From a virus (taxonomy: Duplodnaviria > Caudoviricetes): 63,419 bases of DNA. Shown here piece after piece: positions 1 through 9,255 of the stretch. The position numbers and the translations under genes are program-made. The notes beneath the pieces were generated by a model. It was not told the DNA's origin and did no database searches. It saw nothing but the letters and a program-made list of their open reading frames with translations. The stretch covers positions 1-63,419 of the IMG/VR virus record IMGVR_UViG_3300043425_000902, one strand, 5' to 3'. Each line of letters starts with the position of its first letter. The stretch's first letter is position 1.

Positions 1-142
1 AAGGAGGCTGACCAGTGAACAAGCATATCATCCACCTCGCCGCTGTCGCTTGGGCAAACGGCGGAACCCTGTCCGGAGCCCGCCTGCACGGGGTCAACCT
101 GCGCGAGGCCGTCCTGAGCGGGGCCGACCTGTTCGGGGCCAA
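1..142. repeat. Terminal overlap with 63278-63419 (circular assembly junction)
   Basis: Bases 1-126 are identical to 63278-63403; the following 16 nt differ at 3 positions. The junction lies in a 15-nt pentapeptide repeat tract. Confidence 0.9.
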
Positions 143-1091
143 CTTGCGCGGGGCCGTCCTGAGCGGGGCCGTCCTGTTCGGGGCCAACTTGCGCGGGGCC
201 GACCTGCGCTGGGCCGACCTGTTCGGGGCCAACTTGCGCGGGGCCGACCTGTCCGGGGCCAACCTGCGCGGGGCCGTCCTGAGCGGGGCCGTCCTGTTCG
301 GGGCCAACTTGCGCGGGGCCGACCTGCGCTGGGCCGACCTGAGCGAGGCCGTCCTGAGCGGGGCCAACCTGCGCGGGGCCGTCCTGAGCGGGGCCAACCT
401 GCGCGGGGCCGTCCTGACCGGGGCCGCCCTCGGCCTCGGTGCCGACCTGTCCGGGGCCGAATACCAAGACGACACCCTCTCCGCCCGCATAGCCGCCGCT
501 GAACGCATGAACAAGCACATCATCCACCTCGCCGCCGTCGCATGGGCGAACGGCGGAACCCTGCGCGGTGCCAACCTGCGCGGTGCCTACCTGCGCGGCG
601 CCGACCTGAGCGGCGCCAACCTGAGCGGTGCCGACCTGCACTACGCCAACCTGAGCGGCGCCGACCTGCGCGGCGCCGACCTGATCGACGCCAACCTGCG
701 CGACGCCAACCTGATCGATGCCGACCTGAGCGGTGCCGACCTGCACTACGCCAACCTGCACGATGCCGACCTGCGCCGTGCCGACCTGATCGATGCCAAC
801 CTGATCGATGCCAACCTGAGCGGCGCCAACCTGAGCGGTGCCTACCTGCGCGGTGCCAAGTACGGAGGCGACACCCTCGCCGCTCTTATCGCCGCCGCCG
901 AGCGCATGGACCGATACACCTTCCACCTGTTCCGGCTTAAGGACGGCCCACACAAGGTCATGGCCGGATGCCGCTGGTTCACAGTCGATGACTACCGCGC
1001 GCACGTCGCGGCGGAATACCCAGACACCGACAAGGCCCGCGAGACGCTGGACATTCTGGACTTCTTCGAGCGGAGGCTGACCAGTGAGTGA
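15..1091 (+). CDS. Pentapeptide repeat protein, internally duplicated
   Basis: Many A[DN]L[SR]G repeats; N-terminus [19 protein letters not shown] occurs twice; C-terminal ...KVMAGCRWF domain; AGGAGG RBS with GTG start. Confidence 0.92.
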   Translation: MNKHIIHLAAVAWANGGTLSGARLHGVNLREAVLSGADLFGANLRGAVLSGAVLFGANLRGADLRWADLFGANLRGADLSGANLRGAVLSGAVLFGANLRGADLRWADLSEAVLSGANLRGAVLSGANLRGAVLTGAALGLGADLSGAEYQDDTLSARIAAAERMNKHIIHLAAVAWANGGTLRGANLRGAYLRGADLSGANLSGADLHYANLSGADLRGADLIDANLRDANLIDADLSGADLHYANLHDADLRRADLIDANLIDANLSGANLSGAYLRGAKYGGDTLAALIAAAERMDRYTFHLFRLKDGPHKVMAGCRWFTVDDYRAHVAAEYPDTDKARETLDILDFFERRLTSE

Positions 1092-1476
1092 CTGGATCGA
1101 ACACAACGGCGGACCCCAGCCGGTCGCGGATGACGTGTGGGTTGAGGTCATATGGCCGACCCCCGAGGGGCTTTATCTAGCGACGTGCCGGGATGAAATC
1201 GAGACAGCCGATGAGATTCCGTGGGATGGCAAACAACGCTACCGCATCCTCAACCAGCACCTGATCGACGCCGCCCGCCTTGAGGGCATCCGGCTAGGGC
1301 TGGAGGCTGCGGGGAAGGCAGCTGCCAAGGGTTCGGATCGCCTAGTCGTTGAGTGGCGGAAAGGGCGCAAGACGGACAACCACCTAGAGGGCCGGAGCGA
1401 CGGCATGGACGAAGCCGCCGAGTTGATCCGCGCCCTAGACCCCGAGACCATCGCAAAGGAGGCTGACCGTGACTGA
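1084..1476 (+). CDS. Hypothetical phage protein (WIEHxG N-terminal motif)
   Basis: GGAGG RBS, overlaps the upstream stop; N-terminus resembles that of 31552-31950. Confidence 0.75.
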   Translation: MSDWIEHNGGPQPVADDVWVEVIWPTPEGLYLATCRDEIETADEIPWDGKQRYRILNQHLIDAARLEGIRLGLEAAGKAAAKGSDRLVVEWRKGRKTDNHLEGRSDGMDEAAELIRALDPETIAKEADRD

Positions 1477-1648
1477 CTTTGCCAAAGACTTTATTTCTCT
1501 GGAAGATGGGTATTACTACTACTGGCCCCATTTTGGAAAGGGTGCCTTCAGCGCCGACAACTTGAGAGCCATTGCGGACGAACTAGATCGAAAAAACAAG
1601 CCTTGGGACGATCAGGTGCAAGCATACTTTAATGAGGCTGACCAATGA
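1469..1648 (+). CDS. Hypothetical protein (59 aa, MTDFAKDF...)
   Basis: Hand-translated; AGGAGG RBS, GTG start, coupled to neighbours; AT-richer than the genome. Confidence 0.65.
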   Translation: MTDFAKDFISLEDGYYYYWPHFGKGAFSADNLRAIADELDRKNKPWDDQVQAYFNEADQ

Positions 1649-1815
1649 ACCCTAGCTGGCTCATCCTCCACATCATCGACGCCCTGCGCGTCCCCTCGCC
1701 CCCGCCGCATCCGGCAGACGGCTACTGCTCCGATGCTCTGGCCTACGGGCTAGGCGCGGCGGCTGTCGTTGCGTTTGTTGCTATTCTCATTTGGACCAAA
1801 GGAGTGCTGGGATGA
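1645..1815 (+). CDS. Small membrane protein
   Basis: ATGA overlaps at both ends; hydrophobic C-terminal stretch. Confidence 0.55.
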   Translation: MNPSWLILHIIDALRVPSPPPHPADGYCSDALAYGLGAAAVVAFVAILIWTKGVLG

Positions 1816-1988
1816 CCTACCCCAAAGAACTGCAAGACTACTACGACGCCCACGACGCGATGATGGACGCGGAGCGACAAGGGGATTCTATGCGTCACCT
1901 TTGGCCGCGCCTTTACGGCCTCTACAAGGTCGCCCGATACGCCGCCGTCCGTCGCTGGCTATTGCCCGAGACGCCGGAGTTCGGATGA
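1812..1988 (+). CDS. Hypothetical protein (MTYPKELQDY...)
   Basis: AAGGAG RBS, ATGA overlap. Confidence 0.6.
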   Translation: MTYPKELQDYYDAHDAMMDAERQGDSMRHLWPRLYGLYKVARYAAVRRWLLPETPEFG

Positions 1989-2037
1989 CCCTGCTCGCAG
2001 TCTTGTGTCTCGCGGCGGCTCTGGCGGCTCTCGACCG

Positions 2038-2310
2038 ATGAGCATGGCCCAGACAATCGCGGAGGTGTGCAACCGCCACCGGATCAGCGTGAAGGACTTC
2101 TACGGCCCCAGCCGTTGCCAGCGCTTCGTGCTGGCGAGGTGGGAGGCCGTGTACACGCTCCGCCAGATCCGGTTCTACGGCCCCGACGGGCCGGGGACCG
2201 GCCCTCACCGCTACAGCTACGGCGTCATCGCGCGGCAGATGCGCCGTGACCCGTCCACCATCCGGCATGCGTACGCGCAGATGAAGCGCCGCCTTGCTGA
2301 AACCCAATAG
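2038..2310 (+). CDS. DnaA C-terminal-like HTH DNA-binding protein
   Basis: Pattern I..VC..H.I...D..G.SR.....AR..A.Y......SY..IA....RD.STI.HA typical of DnaA domain IV-like phage proteins. Confidence 0.75.
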   Translation: MSMAQTIAEVCNRHRISVKDFYGPSRCQRFVLARWEAVYTLRQIRFYGPDGPGTGPHRYSYGVIARQMRRDPSTIRHAYAQMKRRLAETQ

Positions 2311-2322
2311 GTGCGGTAACGT
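2294..2322 (+). promoter_or_regulatory. Sigma70-like promoter with degenerate operator upstream of Cro
   Basis: TTGCTG-N17-TAACGT, containing GAAAC-N6-GGTGC (2299-2314). Confidence 0.5.
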
Positions 2323-2351
2323 CCGCGCCACATGAACAGGAGCAACACGCC

Positions 2352-2573
2352 ATGACTTCCATGAACGGCATCGACCGCGCCATTGCCAGCGCCGGGTCGA
2401 TCTCCGCCCTCGCCCGTAAGTTGGGCGTCTCGCATCAGGTCGCCAACCGATGGCAGAAGCGGGGCTTCGTGCCCGCCAAGCGCGCCATCGAGATCGAGCT
2501 GCACTACGGGATCCCGGCGCGAGACCTCGTCCACCCCAGCCTGCTGCAGATCGCCTCCCTGATCGCGTCCTGA
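2352..2573 (+). CDS. Cro/YdaS-like HTH transcriptional regulator
   Basis: AI..AGS.SALAR.LGVS.Q....W...G.VP..RA..IE signature; AGGAG RBS. Confidence 0.88.
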   Translation: MTSMNGIDRAIASAGSISALARKLGVSHQVANRWQKRGFVPAKRAIEIELHYGIPARDLVHPSLLQIASLIAS

Positions 2574-2580
2574 GTCCCTG

Positions 2581-4647
2581 ATGTCCGCCAGCGTGTCCAC
2601 GATCACACCACACGTGCGGAGGGTTGAGGCGCCGTCTGACCTGCGCGAGCTTCCCGGCTGGCTGTGCTGGCGGAACGAGCAGGTGCCGGGCGAGGAGAAA
2701 CCCCGCAAGGTGCCCTACTACGCCTCCGGGCAGCGTCGCCACGGCAAGCAGGGCGCGCCGGACGACAGGGCCAAGCTCGTGTCCTTCGCCGCAGCGCGCG
2801 ACGCCGCGTCGCGCATGGGCATGGACGGCGTGGGTCTGGCCATGCTGCCGGATTTCGGCGTCACGGCCCTCGACTTCGACTACTGCGTCGACGCCGCCGG
2901 GCGCCTGCCGCCGGAGGTCGAGAGCATCGTCAGCCAGACGTACGCCGAGTACTCCCCGTCGGGGAAGGGTGTGCGGGCCTTCATCAAGGGGCAGCTTGGC
3001 AACCAGAAGAGCCACCGGGACGCGGCCAACAGCTACGGCTTCGAGGTCTTCTCGTCCTCGGGGTACGTGACCTTCACAGGCAACACCCTGCCCTTCACCG
3101 AGGCGTTGGGTCTGGAAGACCTCGTCGCGCCGATGAACGACGACGTCGTGAGCCTCTTCAGGCAGCGCTTCGGTGACGGCGCCACGTCGCAGCGCGACGC
3201 GCCCGGCGCGCCCGGCGCGGACCCCTTCGAGACCTTCGAGCCCACCCTCGGCCTGACCCTCGACGAGGCGCGTGCGTACCTGTCCGACCTCGACCCCAAC
3301 ATGGGCCGCGAGCCGTGGATGCAGGTCGCCATGGCCCTGCATCACGAGTTCGGGGCGGAGGGCTTCGAGCTTTGGAACGACTGGTCTCAGGACGGCGTGC
3401 GCTACCCCGGCACGCATGCTTTGTCGCAGCAGTGGCTGAGCCTCGACAGGCGGCAGCCCGCCGGGCGCCCCATCACCATGCGCACGGTCAAGAAGATGAG
3501 CGCCGAGGCGCGCCGGGAGGCGGGTCTGGAGCCGCGAAGCCTGATTGAGACGCACGCCGAGGCCACGGACACCGACCCGGGCCGCATGTCGTCGAGCGAC
3601 GACTGGAAGGGGAAGTACCGCGTTTACACGGGCCTTGAGTTCTCTCAGCGCCCGCCCATCGACTGGATGATCAAGGGCGTCCTGCCCGACAACGCAGACC
3701 TCGTCATGATGTACGGCGCCAGCGGTTCGGGTAAGTCCTTCGTCGTCCTCGACATGGTCATGTCCCTCGTGCGGGGCGTGGACTGGAGGGGCAGGCGCAC
3801 GAAGCGTAAGCGGGCCCTGTACATCGCCGCGGAAGGCGGAGGGGGTGTCTCGCAGCGCCTGCGCGCGTACAGCCTCCACCACGGCGTGAAGCTCGACAAC
3901 CTGCCCCTCGGCATCATTCACGACGCGCCGAACCTCATGGTGGAGGAGGACGTGTCGGCCCTCGTCAAGGCCATCCTCGACGCGGGCGGCGCCGACCTGA
4001 TCGTCATCGACACGCTGGCTCAGGTCACGCCCGGGGCCAATGAAAACAGCGCCGAGGACATGGGTCTGGCCTTGAAGCATGCGCGGGCCCTGCGCCGCGC
4101 GACGGGCGCCGTCATCCTCCTTGTGGCGCACACGGGCAAGGATCAGGCCAAGGGGATCCGGGGGTGGTCCGGCCTGCACGCCGCGACGGACACGGCGATC
4201 GAGGTCGTCAAGCCGGAGGGCGAAGACGAGGACGACGCGCGCCTGATCCGCATCGCCAAGCAAAAGGACGGTCGCGACGACCTGTCGTGGGGGTTCCGCT
4301 TCGAGACCGTCGTCGTGGCTTTCGACAGCGACAACGAGGAGGTCACGTCTCTGGTGGTCGTCGAGGCCGACCCGCCGACGCGCACGCCCTCCGGCCAGCC
4401 CCGCAAGCTCGGTGCGTGGGAGGAGGCCGTCATGGACTACATCGCGTCCTTGGGCCTGTCCTTCTCCGGCCTGAGCATGGGCGACCTGCTTGACGGCGTC
4501 AGGGACAGCATCCCGGCTCCGGCGCCCGGAGAGCGCGACGTGCGCAGGCAGAACGCGATGCGCGCCGTGCGCTCCCTGTGCAAGGGCCACGACGCGCCCC
4601 TGATCCTCGAAAACGGTTTCGTCACTTTGGGTGCATTTCCCTCTTGA
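2581..4647 (+). CDS. Primase-helicase (prim-pol N-terminus, PriCT-2, RepA/AAA_25 helicase)
   Basis: DFD and EYSPSGKG primase motifs, W..V.MALH...W..WS PriCT-2, Walker A GASGSGKS, Walker B LIVIDT. Confidence 0.92.
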   Translation: MSASVSTITPHVRRVEAPSDLRELPGWLCWRNEQVPGEEKPRKVPYYASGQRRHGKQGAPDDRAKLVSFAAARDAASRMGMDGVGLAMLPDFGVTALDFDYCVDAAGRLPPEVESIVSQTYAEYSPSGKGVRAFIKGQLGNQKSHRDAANSYGFEVFSSSGYVTFTGNTLPFTEALGLEDLVAPMNDDVVSLFRQRFGDGATSQRDAPGAPGADPFETFEPTLGLTLDEARAYLSDLDPNMGREPWMQVAMALHHEFGAEGFELWNDWSQDGVRYPGTHALSQQWLSLDRRQPAGRPITMRTVKKMSAEARREAGLEPRSLIETHAEATDTDPGRMSSSDDWKGKYRVYTGLEFSQRPPIDWMIKGVLPDNADLVMMYGASGSGKSFVVLDMVMSLVRGVDWRGRRTKRKRALYIAAEGGGGVSQRLRAYSLHHGVKLDNLPLGIIHDAPNLMVEEDVSALVKAILDAGGADLIVIDTLAQVTPGANENSAEDMGLALKHARALRRATGAVILLVAHTGKDQAKGIRGWSGLHAATDTAIEVVKPEGEDEDDARLIRIAKQKDGRDDLSWGFRFETVVVAFDSDNEEVTSLVVVEADPPTRTPSGQPRKLGAWEEAVMDYIASLGLSFSGLSMGDLLDGVRDSIPAPAPGERDVRRQNAMRAVRSLCKGHDAPLILENGFVTLGAFPS

Positions 4648-4672
4648 CGTTGCAATCTTACGGGTGCATAAC
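4644..4672 (+). promoter_or_regulatory. Sigma70-like promoter of the replication operon
   Basis: TTGACG-N17-CATAAC with operator-like GCAAT-N6-GGTGC in the spacer. Confidence 0.6.
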
Positions 4673-4692
4673 CCGGGGCAAGGAGACCTGAC

Positions 4693-4914
4693 ATGATCAA
4701 AGCGGACAGCGTCGGAAAGCTGGTGGCGAACGCCAGACCCGACACGCGACGCCGGGACTATTTCCGGGCGCTGGACAACCGGGACCTGCTGCTTCACGGC
4801 AAGGAGGCCCTGACCTACACCGACGAGTACGTCTTCGCGCTGATCGAGCGCTTGGAGGACCTGCTCGACCGACAAGACTATCCCGCCCGATGGGCTGAGT
4901 ACTACGAGGACTGA
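4693..4914 (+). CDS. Hypothetical protein
   Basis: Preceded by GGAGACCTGACATG; typical codon usage. Confidence 0.75.
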   Translation: MIKADSVGKLVANARPDTRRRDYFRALDNRDLLLHGKEALTYTDEYVFALIERLEDLLDRQDYPARWAEYYED

Positions 4915-4927
4915 AAGGAGACCTGAC

Positions 4928-5278
4928 ATGTACGAGATCAACATCAAGGCCAACAGCGTCGGAGAGCTGGTGGGGCGCATCCGCGCCCTTGCCGCCGAGT
5001 TCGGCGCCTTCGGGGGCGTCGCCGTGTCCGCGCCCGTCGAGGCCCCGCCCACGCCGACCGCAGCCGTGCCTCTGGCCGTCTCGACGCCGACCGTCGAGGG
5101 GGAGGTGCCGTACGCGGACGTGCGCAACGCCTTCCTGCGCCTCGCCACCCTCAAGGGGCGCGACGTCGTCGGGGAGGTCCTGAAGGCTCACGGCGCCACC
5201 AAGACGGCTCAGGAGTTGGAGCCCTCGTCGTACGCCGCCGTGCTGGCGGACATCGAGCAGAGGCTGGCGGCGGGATGA
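4928..5278 (+). CDS. Hypothetical replication-module protein
   Basis: Preceded by GGAGACCTGACATG; Pro/Ala linker and C-terminal helical domain; sits just upstream of DUF2800. Confidence 0.8.
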   Translation: MYEINIKANSVGELVGRIRALAAEFGAFGGVAVSAPVEAPPTPTAAVPLAVSTPTVEGEVPYADVRNAFLRLATLKGRDVVGEVLKAHGATKTAQELEPSSYAAVLADIEQRLAAG

Positions 5279-6393
5279 GCGAACACGCCAAGCTCAGCCC
5301 GTCCGGCGCGCACCGATGGATGCGCTGCCCGGCCTCCCTGCGCAGAGAGGAAGACTTTCCCGACGAGTCCAGCGTCTACGCGCAGGAGGGCACCCGGGCC
5401 CACGAGGCCGCCGCGGCGATCCTCGAAGGTCGAGAGCCTCAGTGGGAAGAGGACGACATCGTCTCGGGCATGCCTGAGCACGTGCAGAGCTACGTTGACC
5501 TCGTCCGCGAGCTTGCGGAGGGCGGCACACTGCTCGTCGAGCAGCGCGTCAGTTTCAGCCCGTACATGGGCGGCGCCGCCGCGTCGGCCTTCGGCACGTC
5601 CGACGCCGTGATCCTGAAGGACCTCACCCTGACCGTGGTGGACCTGAAGTACGGCATGGGTGTCAAGGTGGACGCCGAGGACAACGAGCAGCTGATGCTG
5701 TACGCCTTGGGGTGCTTCAACGAGTTCGGGTGGTACGCGGACTTCAACGAGGTGCGCCTCGTCATCCACATGCCGCGCCTGTCTCACGTCAGCGAGCACT
5801 TCATCTCCGTGGAAGAGCTGCTTGCCTTCGCCAAGCGCGCCAAGGCCGCGGCCCACGTCGCCCTCGCCCCCGACGCGCCCTACGAGCCGGGCGCCAAGCA
5901 GTGCCGCTTCTGCCGCGCCCGCGGCGCATGCGAGGCGCTGAACGGAGAGGTCATGCGCGTCGTGGCCGCCACCGCCGACGAGTTCAACCCCGTCGTGCCG
6001 GACGACAGCGACGCCCTCTCCGAGGCCATGTCGAAGGTCGAACTGGTCGAGGTGTGGTGCAAGGGCGTGCGCGCGGAGGTCGAGCGGCGCCTGCTCGCGA
6101 ACCAGACCGTGCCGGGGTACAAGCTCGTCGAGGGTCGTCAGGGCCCGCGCGGGTGGCGCGACGCCGAGGCGGTCGAGCGTCTGTTCAAGTCGTGGCGCCT
6201 GAAAAAGGAAGACGTCTACGATTTGAGCTTGATTTCACCCACGAAGGCGCAGAAGATGCTTTCCAACACCCCGAAGCGCTGGGCGAAGCTCGAAGCCCTG
6301 ATCCAGCGCAGCGCGGGCAAACTATCCGTGGCTCCCGCCACAGATCGGAGACCGGCCATGTCGGCCTCCGCAACCGCCGACGAGTTCGGCTAA
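5275..6393 (+). CDS. DUF2800 Cas4-like PD-(D/E)xK exonuclease
   Basis: HAKLSPS.AHRW..CP, EGT.AH, FGTSDA, VDLKYG, QL.LYALG, C.FC....C motifs. Confidence 0.92.
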   Translation: MSEHAKLSPSGAHRWMRCPASLRREEDFPDESSVYAQEGTRAHEAAAAILEGREPQWEEDDIVSGMPEHVQSYVDLVRELAEGGTLLVEQRVSFSPYMGGAAASAFGTSDAVILKDLTLTVVDLKYGMGVKVDAEDNEQLMLYALGCFNEFGWYADFNEVRLVIHMPRLSHVSEHFISVEELLAFAKRAKAAAHVALAPDAPYEPGAKQCRFCRARGACEALNGEVMRVVAATADEFNPVVPDDSDALSEAMSKVELVEVWCKGVRAEVERRLLANQTVPGYKLVEGRQGPRGWRDAEAVERLFKSWRLKKEDVYDLSLISPTKAQKMLSNTPKRWAKLEALIQRSAGKLSVAPATDRRPAMSASATADEFG

Positions 6394-6415
6394 TGTGCGA
6401 AAAGGAACGTGCAAA

Positions 6416-6976
6416 ATGAGCGTGCGACTGATCATTCGGAATGTGCGAATTGCTTTCCCGGCCATCTTCGAGCCGCAGGCTGTCGGTGACGGCGAACCCG
6501 CCTACGGCGCCAAGTTCATCGTCCCCACCGACCACCCGCAGATCGACGAGATCCGCAAGGCCGTGCGTGACGTGGCCAAGGGCCAGTGGAACGACAAGGC
6601 GGACTCTGTCCTCAAGCTCCTGACTGCGGACAAGAAGACGGCTTGGGTCGAGGGGCCCTACATCAACAAGGACGGAGAGCCCTACGAGGGGTTCGAGGAC
6701 GCCTTCCACCTGTCCTCGCGCAGCGCCAAGACGCGCCCGACGGCCTACGACAACGCCAACAACCCTGTGACGTCGGCGGACGGCCTGATCTACAGCGGCG
6801 CCTACGTCGATGCGTCCGTCGAGGTCTACGCGCAGGACAACAAGTGGGGGCGGCGGATCAACTGCGGCCTGCGCGGTGTCCGGTTCGTGAACCACGGCCA
6901 GAGCTTCGGCGGCGGGGCCCCGGCTGGCGCCGACGAGTTCGGCGCTCCGGTCGAGGTTGAGGACTCCTTCGTCTGA
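6416..6976 (+). CDS. DUF2815 single-stranded DNA-binding protein
   Basis: NVRIAFP.IF, IYSG.Y..A and acidic C-terminal tail; position between nuclease and PolA. Confidence 0.88.
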   Translation: MSVRLIIRNVRIAFPAIFEPQAVGDGEPAYGAKFIVPTDHPQIDEIRKAVRDVAKGQWNDKADSVLKLLTADKKTAWVEGPYINKDGEPYEGFEDAFHLSSRSAKTRPTAYDNANNPVTSADGLIYSGAYVDASVEVYAQDNKWGRRINCGLRGVRFVNHGQSFGGGAPAGADEFGAPVEVEDSFV

Positions 6977-7236
6977 TGCCGGAGGCTGGCCACAACTCCG
7001 TCGCGGCTGATGAGCTGAAGAAGCTCATGGACCGCATCGAGACGCTCGACGACGAGCGTGTAGCGCTCGGAGAGCAGATCCGCAGCGTCTACATGGAGGC
7101 GAAAGCCGCGGGCTTTGACACGAAGCCCATCCGAAAGCTCGTCGCCCTGCGACGGCGCGATCGGGGCCAGATCCTTGAGGATAAGGCCATGCTCGAGCTT
7201 TACGCATCCGCCCTCGGCTGCTTGGACCTCGTCTAA
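6976..7236 (+). CDS. gapR: GapR/DUF2312-like nucleoid-associated protein
   Basis: HNSVAADELK....RIE.L..E.......I..VY.EAK..GFD.K..RK.V.LR....LY..ALG signature. Confidence 0.88.
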   Translation: MPEAGHNSVAADELKKLMDRIETLDDERVALGEQIRSVYMEAKAAGFDTKPIRKLVALRRRDRGQILEDKAMLELYASALGCLDLV

Positions 7237-7244
7237 ACAGCCCC

Positions 7245-7283
7245 GCGCCCCCGCCGAGAAGTCAGGTCTCCCGGCGGGGGCGC
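7245..7283 (+). terminator. GC-rich hairpin between gapR and polA
   Basis: GCGCCCCCGCCG...CGGCGGGGGCGC inverted repeat; no U-tract, so may be a processing or stability hairpin. Confidence 0.45.
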
Positions 7284-7302
7284 ACTCCCTTCACAGGCGC
7301 CC

Positions 7303-9252
7303 ATGGACCTCTTTCTCGACACCGAGACGTACAGCACTGTGCCTATTGACTGCGGAGCGCACGCATACGCCGAGCAGTCCAAGGTCCTGCTGGTGATCGT
7401 GGCGCGCGACGATGAGCCTGCGCAGGTTCTCGATTGCACGCAGGACCCGACCGTCCTCGACACCCTCAAGGCCCTTGTGCGCAAGGCGCGCAGGGTCATC
7501 ATCCACAACAGCGCCTTCGACCGCATCGTGCTGGCCAAGCACGGCGTCGACATCCCCCTCACCAAGATCCACGACACCATGGTGCAGGCCCTCGCACACG
7601 CCCTGCCCGCCAAGCTGAGCCTCCTGTGCACCGTGCTGGAGGTCCCGCAGGACAAGGCCAAGAGCAAGCGCGGCGCCGCCCTGATCAACCGCTTCACCAA
7701 GCCCAACACGCGCGGCGAGGTGTCGGACAGCTCGACGCACCCCGACGAGTGGCTGGAGTTCATCGAGTACGGCAGGCTGGACGTCGAGGCCATGCGCGAG
7801 GTCTTCAAGCGCATGCCGACGTGGAACAACACCCCGGCGGAGCGCGAGCTGTGGCTCGTCGATCAGGCCATCAATGATCGTGGGTGCGCCGTCGATCTGG
7901 ACCTCGCCAAGAACGCACAGCGCGCGGCCAAGGCCGAGGTGGGGCGTCTAAACGCCCGCCTGTCAGAGATCACCGGGGGCCGCCTCAAGAGCGCCACGCA
8001 GCGCGCCAAGGTGCTGGACTTTCTGGCCGACGAGGGGCTGATCCTAGAGGACCTGAGGTCGAACACCGTCGCGCAGGCCCTGAAGCGCACCGACCTGACG
8101 CCGCTCATGCGAGAGGTGCTGCAGATCCGCAAGCTGGCCTCGGCGACGAGCCCCGCCAAGTACGCAGCCGTCGAAAAGGCCGCCGTGGGCGGTCGCCTGC
8201 GCGGCGCCCTGCAGTTCTGTGCCGCGGGCCGCACGGGCCGGTGGGGCGGGCGCATCTTCCAGCCCCAGAACCTGCCAAGGCCGACCATCAAGAACGAGTA
8301 CATCGAGCAGGGCATCGACGCCATGCGGGCGGGTGTCGAGGACCTCTTCTTCCCCAACGTCATGGAGCTGTGCACGAGCGCCATCCGTGGCGTCATTGTG
8401 GCGCCTCCCGGGCGGAAACTTGTCGTCGCCGACCTGTCGAACATCGAGGGTCGCGTGCTGGCGTGGCTGGCGGGCGAGAAGTGGAAGCTGGACGCCTTCA
8501 GCGCCTTTGATCGCGGGGAGGGGCCCGACCTGTACAAGGCCTCGTACGCCAAGGCGTACAACAAGCCCGTCGAGAAGGTCGAGCCCGCCGAGAGGCAGAT
8601 CGGCAAGGTCATGGAGCTGGCGCTGGGATATCAGGGCGCCGCGGGCGCCTTCGTGAGCATGGCCGCCCTGTACGGCCTGCAGATACCCGAGACGCAGGCT
8701 GTCGCCCTCGTTCGGGCGTGGCGGTCGGCGCACGTCGCCACGGTCGCGCTTTGGTCGTCGGCTGAGCATGCCATCCGGTCGGCCCTCGCCAACCCCGGCA
8801 AGGCCTTCGTGGCGGGCAAGCTCACGTATCAGGTCACGGGGAGCTGGCTGCTCTGCAAGCTGCCCTCCGGCAATCGCGTCCTGTGCTACCCTAACCCGCG
8901 CATCGGCTCGATGCAGAAGGAGAGGGCGTTTGCTGAGCGCGCCATCGCCTACGACGGCTTTGACATCCTGCGCAGGTGGGGAGAGGTCGTCACGTACGGC
9001 GGCAAGGCCGTCGAGAACGCGACGCAGGCCGTGGCCCGCGACATCCTCGCGGCGGGCATCCTGCGCGCCGAGGAGGCCGGGTATAAGCCCGTCCTGCACG
9101 TGCACGACGAGATCATCTGCGAGACGCCAGACGACCCGTCCTTCAGCTCCGAGGGGCTGGCGGCCATCATGTCCGGCGGCACGCAATGGTCCGTCGGCCT
9201 GCCCCTCGCCGCGGCGGGCTTCGAGACGTACCGATACCGGAAGGGGGATTGA
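7303..9252 (+). CDS. polA: DNA polymerase, family A
   Basis: Exonuclease DTET and HN..FD motifs, RTGRW, motif A DLSNIEGR, motif B RQIGKVMELALGY, motif C VHDE. Confidence 0.96.
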   Translation: MDLFLDTETYSTVPIDCGAHAYAEQSKVLLVIVARDDEPAQVLDCTQDPTVLDTLKALVRKARRVIIHNSAFDRIVLAKHGVDIPLTKIHDTMVQALAHALPAKLSLLCTVLEVPQDKAKSKRGAALINRFTKPNTRGEVSDSSTHPDEWLEFIEYGRLDVEAMREVFKRMPTWNNTPAERELWLVDQAINDRGCAVDLDLAKNAQRAAKAEVGRLNARLSEITGGRLKSATQRAKVLDFLADEGLILEDLRSNTVAQALKRTDLTPLMREVLQIRKLASATSPAKYAAVEKAAVGGRLRGALQFCAAGRTGRWGGRIFQPQNLPRPTIKNEYIEQGIDAMRAGVEDLFFPNVMELCTSAIRGVIVAPPGRKLVVADLSNIEGRVLAWLAGEKWKLDAFSAFDRGEGPDLYKASYAKAYNKPVEKVEPAERQIGKVMELALGYQGAAGAFVSMAALYGLQIPETQAVALVRAWRSAHVATVALWSSAEHAIRSALANPGKAFVAGKLTYQVTGSWLLCKLPSGNRVLCYPNPRIGSMQKERAFAERAIAYDGFDILRRWGEVVTYGGKAVENATQAVARDILAAGILRAEEAGYKPVLHVHDEIICETPDDPSFSSEGLAAIMSGGTQWSVGLPLAAAGFETYRYRKGD

Positions 9253-9255
9253 GCC

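Noticed and set aside
1-142. Terminal repeat as the physical direct terminal repeat
   Set aside because: It falls inside a repetitive gene and has assembler-overlap length; more likely a circular assembly break.
1888-5154. 1088-aa - strand ORF
   Set aside because: Antisense shadow of Cro and the primase-helicase caused by GC-rich codon bias; no motifs or RBS.
5275-6393. Cas4-like nuclease as evidence of a CRISPR system
   Set aside because: It is the standard DUF2800 exonuclease of this replication module; there is no array or cas1/cas2.
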